Shown here: positions 36,208 through 42,842 of the stretch, piece by piece | How the letters are laid out: every line of letters begins with the position of its first letter | Numbering within the stretch: the stretch's first letter is position 1 | UHGV virus genome: UHGV-0138423 | Strand: one strand, 5' to 3' | Length of the DNA: 42,842 nucleotides | Source: a virus | The notes under the pieces: generated by a model | What the model saw: the letters and a program-made list of their open reading frames with translations, nothing else | Told to the model about the DNA's origin: nothing | The model's database searches: none | Position numbers and translations under genes: made by a program

Positions 36208-36377
36208 TGACTAAGAAAATAAAATGTGATTATCACCTTTGCAATAAAGAAATTGAAGAAAGCAAAATCATTACAAGACCACTTCATTTCATGCGTGGAG
36301 TTATACCAACGACGGAAATGAAAAAATATTGTAGTGAAATCTGTGCCGAAAAAGACCAGATGGCACACGAACTTTAA
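36207..36377 (+). CDS. ydaE: YdaE-like small metal-binding protein
   Basis: 56 aa ([18 protein letters not shown]...KYCSEICAEKDQMAHEL) with two Cys pairs; start overlaps the kilR-like stop (TAATG); below the ORF-track size cut-off. Confidence 0.55.
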   Translation: MTKKIKCDYHLCNKEIEESKIITRPLHFMRGVIPTTEMKKYCSEICAEKDQMAHEL

Positions 36378-36451
36378 TTAACTGACTATTCGAAACTGAA
36401 TTTATGCCAGCAATGGTAGGGATTCTTTCAACCTTAAAAAAGGAAACAGAA

Positions 36452-36748
36452 ATGAGCATTATTGAATGTGAAATTGAACTTAATGTCATTAACGATTCTC
36501 TCGCCGAATTCAAATGTGGGAATACATTACATGGTTTTATTCAGGTTTCCCAAAAAGAAAACGTTACGGTAATTATTGATGGCGGTTACGTTCTGGGAAC
36601 ATTTGATTGTTATGTGTGTGCCATTAAAGAAGTCGCATTACTCGCAGCTCGTATTGAAGAGGCTGACAAGAAATACGGCATCAGTTATCAACGGCAGAAA
36701 GAACTCTCAGGCATCGCATCATCAGTTCATTTCTTTTATGCAATCTGA
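36452..36748 (+). CDS. Hypothetical protein (RacC position)
   Basis: 98 aa from ATG after AGGAAACAGAA; immediately upstream of the RecE-like gene. Confidence 0.4.
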   Translation: MSIIECEIELNVINDSLAEFKCGNTLHGFIQVSQKENVTVIIDGGYVLGTFDCYVCAIKEVALLAARIEEADKKYGISYQRQKELSGIASSVHFFYAI

Positions 36749-36772
36749 ATATGAGTTGAGGTTAAAAAAACA

Positions 36773-39700
36773 ATGAGCACCGATAAACAAGTTTACCCAC
36801 TGTATTACGAAGCAAAAAATGACAAAGTAAGAAAACGTCTCGGTATTAAAGGCGGTTTCTACTGGGCTGAAGCGAAAAAATTATCCATTGCCATCTCCCG
36901 TGGTGCTGTTGCGATTGACGATGCTGGCTACGATGAAGATGACTTTAAAAAACCTGTTCGCGTCAATTTGCCCGTTGTTGATGACCTTCCACCAGAAGGC
37001 GTATTTGATACGGAATTTTGCAACCGTTACGAAAAAGGCGGGGAAGATGGCATCACAATGGTATTTATCGCGCCCTCATCCTCTGCGCAGGACAAAACAG
37101 CCAGCACTGACAATACCAATGTTAATGGCGAAGACATGACTGAGATTGAGGAGAATATGCTACTCCCGATTTCTGGCCAAGAGCTGCCCATCCGCTGGCT
37201 TGCTCAACACGGCAGCGAAAAACCGGTAACGCACGTTTCACGCGACGAACTCCAGGTATTACATATTGCACGGGCTGAAGAACTACCAGCTGTTACTGCC
37301 CTGGCTGTTTCCCACAAAACCAGCCTGCTCGACCCGCTGGAGATTCGCGATCTTCACAGACTGGTTCGTGATACTGACAAAGTTTTCCCTAATCCTGGCA
37401 ATTCAAGTCTGGGGCTGATGACTGCTTTTTTCGAAGCATACCTGGACGCAGACTACACCGATCGCGGTCTGCTGACAAAAGAGTGGATGAAAGGAAATCG
37501 TGTTTCACGCATCACGCGCACGGCTTCCGGCGCTAATGCTGGCGGCGGGAACCTCACCGATCGCGGCGAAGATTTCGTTCACGATCTGACGTCACTGGCG
37601 CGCGACGTAGCCACTGGCGTACTGGCTCGTTCAATGGACGTGGACATTTATAACCTTCATCCGGCACACGCTAAACGTGTCGAGGAAATTATCGCTGAAA
37701 ATAAACCGCCCTTTTCTGTTTTCCGCGACAAATTCATCGCCATGCCTGGTGGGCTGGATTATTCCCGTGCCATCGTGGTTGCGGCCGTGAAAGAAGCACC
37801 AATTGGTATCGAGGTCATCACTGCGCATGTCACTGAATATCTGAACAAGGTACTTATTGAAACCGATCATGCCAACCCTGATCCAGAAATCGTGGATATT
37901 GCCTGCGGTCGCTCCTCTGCCCCGATGCCGCAGCGTGTAACAGAAGAAGAAAAACAGGATGACGAAGAAAAACCGCAACCATCTGGCGCAATGGCATATG
38001 AACAGGCAACGGCTGAAACAGTGGAACCGGATGCAACTGAACATCATCAGGACACGCAGCCGCTGGATGCTCAGTCACAGGTAAATTCTGTTGATGCGAA
38101 ATATCTGAAACTGCGGGCAGAACTCCATGAAGCCCGGAAAAACATTCCGCCAAAAAATCCTGTCGATGCAGACAAATTACTGGCTGCCTCTCGCGGAGAA
38201 TTTGTTGAAGGGATTAGCGACCCGAATGATCCGAAATGGGTTAATGGGATCCAGACCCGCGATTCTGTGTACCAGAATCAGCCAGAAACGAAACAGCCTG
38301 AGCCAGTAGTGCAACAACAGGAAACGGAGAAAGTTTGCACCGCCTGCGGTCAGGCTGGCGGCGGCAACTGTCCTGACTGTGGCGCGGTGATGGGCGACGC
38401 AACGTATCAGAAAACCTTTAATGAAGAAAATCAGAATGAATATCAGGAAAAAGGTCTGGAGGAAATGGAAGGTGCTGAACATCCGCACAAGGAGAACGCT
38501 GGCAACCATTCGCATCATGATTGCAGTGATGAAACTGGTGAAGCGTCAGTTCCTGTAGCAACTGAAATCATGTGGCCGTCATATTTCGAGCCTGGACGTT
38601 ATGAAAACCTCCCGAACGAGGTTTATCACTCCGCCAACGGAATAAGCAGCACGATGCTGAAGGATGCCCGTATCAGCCTGATGTATTACCACGGGCGGCA
38701 CATTGCCGGAACTATTCCGGGCGAGGAAAGTGATGCATTGCTGCGTGGGCGGATTATTCACAGCTATGTTCTGGAAACGGATAAATTCGCTGATGAGTAT
38801 GCCATTCCGGTACCGGTTCCTGAATATGTGGTTACTACTTCTAACGAACTGATCGCCATCATTAAAAAACACAATGCCAGTCTGCCAGCACCGATGACAC
38901 CAGAGCAGATGAAAGAGTGGATCGAAAGCTACAACAGCACTCTTATACAGCCACTGTCGGTAAGTGCCGGGGCCGAAGAAACAGGCATCCTTTACGGTTC
39001 GCTTCCGGAGGAATTCCGGCGTATTCCTGAGAGGGAAAAACACACAGCATCAGCAATGAAAGCCTGTATTAAAGAATACAACGCAAACCTCCCTCCTCTG
39101 TTGAAAACCAGTGGATCACGGGAGCAACTTCTGGAGCAAATTGAAACTGTAAATCCAGAACTGGCAAAAAAAGAACGTGCTAAATCTTTGCCTTACAACA
39201 TCAGTGGCACAAAAGAGCAATTAACCGAAATCGCACGGAAAATTCGCCCGGAACTGGTGACTCTGGAAGACTGGCAAAAACGCCAGCAAGAAGAAAACGC
39301 CGGGAAAACGTTTATCAGTCCGGATATGTATGAACAGGCAAAAAATATTCACGCTGCACTGCAAAACAATACCGATGCAGCAAGGCTACTCAACCACCCG
39401 GATCGCAAATCTGAAATCAGCTATTTCGGGTTTGATGAAGAAACCGGGCTGGAAATCAGGGTCCGTCCTGATATCGAAATCCGGCTGCCATACGAAAGCA
39501 TTTGCGCCGACGTGAAGTCAGTCAGCCTCGGTTATGTGCGACAGGAACGACTGAAAGATCGGCTGCACCGTGAAATTATTGAGCGTGATTATCACCTCAG
39601 CGCAGCAATGTACTGCGATGTGGCAAACCTGGACAAATTTTTCTGGATCTTCGTCAACAAAGATGCTGGCTATCACTGGGTGGCCGTCGTGGAAGCCTCG

Positions 39701-39859
39701 CAGGAACTCCTGGAACTTGGTCGACAGGAATATCGCCGGACGCTACGACAGATAAATGAAGCTCTGGAGACAAACAACTGGCCAGCACCGATTACCGAAA
39801 GTTATACCGACGAATTAAACGACTTTGATCTTCGTCGTCTTGAAGCACTGAGCATCTGA
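36773..39859 (+). CDS. recE: Exodeoxyribonuclease VIII (RecE-like) with divergent C-terminal nuclease domain
   Basis: 1028 aa; long central stretch (..[45 protein letters not shown]...[25 protein letters not shown]..) near-identical to Rac RecE as I recall it; the C-terminal nuclease region differs and is longer. Confidence 0.8.
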   Translation: MSTDKQVYPLYYEAKNDKVRKRLGIKGGFYWAEAKKLSIAISRGAVAIDDAGYDEDDFKKPVRVNLPVVDDLPPEGVFDTEFCNRYEKGGEDGITMVFIAPSSSAQDKTASTDNTNVNGEDMTEIEENMLLPISGQELPIRWLAQHGSEKPVTHVSRDELQVLHIARAEELPAVTALAVSHKTSLLDPLEIRDLHRLVRDTDKVFPNPGNSSLGLMTAFFEAYLDADYTDRGLLTKEWMKGNRVSRITRTASGANAGGGNLTDRGEDFVHDLTSLARDVATGVLARSMDVDIYNLHPAHAKRVEEIIAENKPPFSVFRDKFIAMPGGLDYSRAIVVAAVKEAPIGIEVITAHVTEYLNKVLIETDHANPDPEIVDIACGRSSAPMPQRVTEEEKQDDEEKPQPSGAMAYEQATAETVEPDATEHHQDTQPLDAQSQVNSVDAKYLKLRAELHEARKNIPPKNPVDADKLLAASRGEFVEGISDPNDPKWVNGIQTRDSVYQNQPETKQPEPVVQQQETEKVCTACGQAGGGNCPDCGAVMGDATYQKTFNEENQNEYQEKGLEEMEGAEHPHKENAGNHSHHDCSDETGEASVPVATEIMWPSYFEPGRYENLPNEVYHSANGISSTMLKDARISLMYYHGRHIAGTIPGEESDALLRGRIIHSYVLETDKFADEYAIPVPVPEYVVTTSNELIAIIKKHNASLPAPMTPEQMKEWIESYNSTLIQPLSVSAGAEETGILYGSLPEEFRRIPEREKHTASAMKACIKEYNANLPPLLKTSGSREQLLEQIETVNPELAKKERAKSLPYNISGTKEQLTEIARKIRPELVTLEDWQKRQQEENAGKTFISPDMYEQAKNIHAALQNNTDAARLLNHPDRKSEISYFGFDEETGLEIRVRPDIEIRLPYESICADVKSVSLGYVRQERLKDRLHREIIERDYHLSAAMYCDVANLDKFFWIFVNKDAGYHWVAVVEASQELLELGRQEYRRTLRQINEALETNNWPAPITESYTDELNDFDLRRLEALSI

Positions 39860-39870
39860 GGAAGGACACA

Positions 39871-40923
39871 ATGAACGAATTAACTCAACAAGAAAATATT
39901 AACTCTAATGTTGCGGTTTTCAGCCCTCAGTCCCTGGCTGCAATTCAGACATTTTCCCAGGTAATGGCTTCCGGCATGGCTACTGTACCGGAACACCTCC
40001 GGGGAAATCCATCAGACTGCATGGCCATCACCATGCAGGCGATGCAGTGGCAAATGAACCCTTACGCAGTAGCTCAGAAAACTTTCGTTGTGAATGGTGT
40101 GCTCGGATATGAAGCGCAACTTGTTAATGCCGTAATCAGTACTCGTGGGCCGCTAACCGGGCGTATTGAATATGACTGGTTCGGGCCGTGGGAAAAAATT
40201 ATCGGGAAATTTGAAATCAGGAAGAACGACAAGGGGAAAGAATATCGTGTACCTGGCTGGAAGCTGGCCGATGAAAACGGGATCGGTGTTCGCGTCCAGG
40301 CAACACTACGCGGAGAGAGCAAGCCACGCGTACTGGAGTTACTTCTGGCGCAGGCCAGAACACGTAACTCAACGTTATGGGCCGATGATCCTCGCCAGCA
40401 GCTTGCCTATCTGGCTCTGAAACGCTGGGCGCGCCTTTATTGCCCTGAAGTGATTCTTGGAGTGTACACCCGGGACGAACTGGACGAACCACAGGAAAAA
40501 ATCATTAATCCGGTTCAGGAACATAAAAACACATCCGCCTGCCGTGCGGAACGTGAAACAACAATTATTGAGCAAGATGCCGGGGAAAACTGGATCAGTG
40601 CTTTCCGTGAACGTATTGAGCAGGCACAAAGCACCGGAGAAACAACAGCACTTCGCCAGGAAGTGGAAGATCATAAAAATACACTTGGCGCTCTCTACAC
40701 AGAACTTAAAGGAAAAGTGGTTCAGCGTCATCACCGTCTCAATGCTATTGCCCGTATTGAGAAGATGATAAATGACCTGCCTTCATCAGGTGATCCAGAA
40801 GCAGAACAAAAATTTATTGCTCTGGAAAATACGCTGAATGCTGCACGACCACATCTGGGAGAATTATATGAGGCGTATAAAACGACACTGACAGATATGA
40901 AACCAGAATATATCGGCTCCTGA
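39871..40923 (+). CDS. Single-strand annealing protein (RecT/Redbeta superfamily), partner of the RecE-like exonuclease
   Basis: 350 aa directly downstream of recE-like gene; central region (..MNPYAVAQKTFVVNGVLGYEAQL...WADDPRQQLAYLALKRWARLY..) follows the pattern of Bet/RecT-type proteins; does not match my recollection of Rac RecT. Confidence 0.55.
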   Translation: MNELTQQENINSNVAVFSPQSLAAIQTFSQVMASGMATVPEHLRGNPSDCMAITMQAMQWQMNPYAVAQKTFVVNGVLGYEAQLVNAVISTRGPLTGRIEYDWFGPWEKIIGKFEIRKNDKGKEYRVPGWKLADENGIGVRVQATLRGESKPRVLELLLAQARTRNSTLWADDPRQQLAYLALKRWARLYCPEVILGVYTRDELDEPQEKIINPVQEHKNTSACRAERETTIIEQDAGENWISAFRERIEQAQSTGETTALRQEVEDHKNTLGALYTELKGKVVQRHHRLNAIARIEKMINDLPSSGDPEAEQKFIALENTLNAARPHLGELYEAYKTTLTDMKPEYIGS

Positions 40924-40930
40924 TATTTAC

Positions 40931-40956
40931 TATGGCGGTGTAGCCTCACCGCCATA
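40931..40956 (+). terminator. Hairpin after the annealing-protein gene (possible terminator)
   Basis: TATGGCGGTG-TAGCCT-CACCGCCATA, 10 bp stem, followed by moderately T-rich sequence. Confidence 0.4.
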
Positions 40957-40986
40957 ACAAAACTTTATTTTATGAGAGAAAAGACA

Positions 40987-41181
40987 ATGCGGTATGAAAA
41001 AGTCAAACCATGTCCGTTTTGTGGTTGTCCATCAGTAACGGTGAAAGCCATTTCAGGATATTACCGCGCAAAGTGTAACGGATGCGAATCCCGAACTGGC
41101 TATAGTGGAAGTGAAAAAGAAGCACTCGAAAGATGGAATAAACGAACTACTGGAAATAATAATGGAGGTGTTCATGTATAA
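40987..41181 (+). CDS. ralR: Restriction alleviation protein (Lar/RalR family)
   Basis: 64 aa: MRYEKVKPCPFCGCPSVTVKAISGYYRAKCNGCESRTGYSGSEKEALERWNKRTTGNNNGGVHV; Cys4 zinc-ribbon; matches Rac RalR as I recall it. Confidence 0.8.
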   Translation: MRYEKVKPCPFCGCPSVTVKAISGYYRAKCNGCESRTGYSGSEKEALERWNKRTTGNNNGGVHV

Positions 41182-41362
41182 AATTACTGCCACTATTGAA
41201 AAGGAAGGTGGCACTCCTACTAACTGGACAAGGTACTCAAAAACAAAATTAACCAAATCAGAATGCGAAAAAATGCTCTCAGGTAAAAAAGAAGCAGGCG
41301 TTTCCAGAGAGCAGAAAGTAAAGCTGATAAATTTTAATTGCGAGAAGCTTCTGTCCTCGTGA
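41174..41362 (+). CDS. ydaC: YdaC-like small protein (DUF1187)
   Basis: 62 aa from ATG after GGAGG (MYKITATIEKEGGTPTNWTRYSK...); position between ralR and xis as in Rac. Confidence 0.5.
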   Translation: MYKITATIEKEGGTPTNWTRYSKTKLTKSECEKMLSGKKEAGVSREQKVKLINFNCEKLLSS

Positions 41363-41462
41363 GTTGCATTATATACAAATTAGAACTTCATAGCTGATTA
41401 TTAAAAATCAACCACACCCGCCAGTATTCTGTATATTTACTGGCGGTCATATCGTAAGAGGT

Positions 41463-41750
41463 ATGGCAATGAATCTTGTGACACTAAAAACGTGGGGAAA
41501 ACTCAGATATCCAGATAACCCACCATCAATATCAACGCTGAGACGATGGGCAAGGAATGGAAACATTTATCCTGCACCTGAACTACACGGGAGGAGTTAC
41601 AGGGTGGTTCCGGAGGCTTTCTATATCAACCCAAATAAGGTTGATACCGATATAACACACCATCAACCTAATGGGCGACAAGGGAGAGACAGTCCGTTAC
41701 TGGAGAAGTTAAAACATGCAGCGGAAAAAATACGATCCCAATTTGCCTAA
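41463..41750 (+). CDS. xis: Excisionase-like DNA-binding protein
   Basis: 95 aa ORF immediately upstream of and overlapping the integrase gene. Confidence 0.5.
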   Translation: MAMNLVTLKTWGKLRYPDNPPSISTLRRWARNGNIYPAPELHGRSYRVVPEAFYINPNKVDTDITHHQPNGRQGRDSPLLEKLKHAAEKIRSQFA

Positions 41751-42792
41751 AAACTTAACATATCGAAGGAGGGACAAAGCATATTACTGGCGCAACCCTC
41801 TGACGAAAGAAGAATTTACACTAGGTAAAATTTCAAGGAGAGATGCAGTAGCGCAGGCAATTGAAGCAAATCATTATATATACAAAAACTACTCTCCTGC
41901 TGCCTTAATTGAAAAGCTTAAAGGGTTCGACTCATTTACTATGGCAGACTGGATTGAACGTTACAAAACGATTCTTATAAGGAGAAAAGTGTCCAGAAAT
42001 ACTTATAAAATTCGGGTAAATCAACTGGAGACAATAAAAGAAAAATTGGGAGAGATTTTACTGACAGAAATAACCACTCGCCATATTGCCGAGTTTCTTG
42101 ATTTGTGGATTGAAGGAGGGAAAAACACAATGGCAGGATCAATGCGTTCTGTGTTGTCTGATATGTTTCGCGAGGCCATTGTTGAAGGACGTATATCTCA
42201 AAATCCAGTAACGCCAACAAGAGCACCGAAAATAGTAGTTACAAGAGAACGACTGAAACTAAAGACATACAACTGCATCAGGGAGGCAGCAGATCAACTT
42301 CCGGCATGGTTCCCATTAGCTATGGATTTAGCCCTTGTAACAGGACAACGTCGCGAAGACATAACGAATATGCGGTTCAGTGATATTTATGATGATCGTC
42401 TCCACATCAGGCAAATTAAGACAGGAATGATGATTGCTATCCCCCTGTCACTCAGCCTTCCTGTCGCTGGTCTACGGCTTGGTACAGTAGTTGAACGGTG
42501 CCGCCTGGTAAGCCGGGGAGATTATCTAATCAGTGCCGGAATTAGAAAAAACAGCCCTGACGGCAGCATTCACCCGGATGGCCTGACAAAAAAATTTGTC
42601 GCAGCCAGAAAATTAACAGGTATCCAGTTCAGTGAAAACCCACCAACTTTTCACGAGATCAGAAGTCTGGCTGGACGATTGTACAAAGAAACATGTGGAG
42701 AAGAATTTGCTCAGCGTCTACTTGGCCACACATCGGAGAAGACAACAAAAATGTATCTTGATGAGAGAGAAAAAACGTACTTACTGCTCTGA
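41716..42792 (+). CDS. int: Tyrosine integrase (lambda Int family)
   Basis: 358 aa; N-terminal arm-binding-like region (..NLTYRRRDKAYYWRNPLTKEEFTLG..) and C-terminal catalytic motifs (..LVTGQRREDI.., ..HEIRSLAGRLY.., ..LLGHTSEKTTKMYLDER..) with the conserved R, H-x-x-R and Y. Confidence 0.9.
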   Translation: MQRKKYDPNLPKNLTYRRRDKAYYWRNPLTKEEFTLGKISRRDAVAQAIEANHYIYKNYSPAALIEKLKGFDSFTMADWIERYKTILIRRKVSRNTYKIRVNQLETIKEKLGEILLTEITTRHIAEFLDLWIEGGKNTMAGSMRSVLSDMFREAIVEGRISQNPVTPTRAPKIVVTRERLKLKTYNCIREAADQLPAWFPLAMDLALVTGQRREDITNMRFSDIYDDRLHIRQIKTGMMIAIPLSLSLPVAGLRLGTVVERCRLVSRGDYLISAGIRKNSPDGSIHPDGLTKKFVAARKLTGIQFSENPPTFHEIRSLAGRLYKETCGEEFAQRLLGHTSEKTTKMYLDEREKTYLLL

Positions 42793-42842
42793 TTTTAACG
42801 TAAATGGATTGTTAAATGTATTTTGGTTGTGATATAACCAAA

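Larger units (their letters stand above)
866..42842. mobile_element. Prophage: Rac-like/lambdoid early region plus contractile-tail virion module; left junction near 866, right end beyond the window
   Basis: Continuous run of phage genes from tail fiber (1563) to tyrosine integrase (42792); host prpA immediately to the left; integrase at the far right implies the second att site lies outside the window. Confidence 0.85.

Noticed and set aside
1-42842. CRISPR array, rRNA or insertion sequence
   Set aside because: No tandem direct repeats with regular spacing, no rRNA-like sequence and no transposase ORF or terminal inverted repeats were seen anywhere in the window.

Overview
The window is an enterobacterial (E. 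coli-type) chromosome segment. The host gene prpA lies at the left edge (50-706, minus strand); almost everything to its right is a single prophage of at least 42 kb that runs off the right edge. A short sequence at 841-866 looks like the 3' end of the host sRNA SdsR/RyeB, so the prophage appears to be inserted in the sdsR/ryeA locus. The prophage is a mosaic. Its early region resembles the Rac prophage and other lambdoid phages: int, xis, ydaC, ralR (Lar), a RecT/Redbeta-like annealing protein, a RecE-like exonuclease, ydaE, kilR-like and ydaF-like genes, a RacR-like repressor facing ydaS/ydaT, DnaC-like and O-like replication genes, a nin-like region and a Q antiterminator with a pR'/tR' unit. 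Its late region encodes a lambda R-type endolysin with holin and Rz/Rz1, then a Mu/PBSX-like contractile-tail virion module (terminase, DUF935-type portal, Mu F-like protein, capsid, sheath, tube, tape measure, baseplate V/W/J, tail fiber with a C-terminal intramolecular chaperone). No CRISPR array, tRNA, rRNA or IS element was seen. The most interesting observations are: (i) a candidate DicF-family sRNA with an intrinsic terminator, inside a roughly 500 bp GC-rich hairpin-dense non-coding segment, sitting just upstream of the kilR-like gene where Rac carries sieB; (ii) two signal-peptide-bearing small proteins with their own terminator inserted inside the baseplate operon; (iii) a KilA-N/ORF6N-domain gene between tR' and the lysis cassette, the position where Stx phages carry stx; (iv) a hok-type toxin locus next to a small membrane protein; (v) two translationally coupled, very acidic small proteins; (vi) a TTTTTTG -1 frameshift site in the tail chaperone gene. 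All protein identifications rest on my reading of the translations and on remembered family signatures and synteny; no database search was run.
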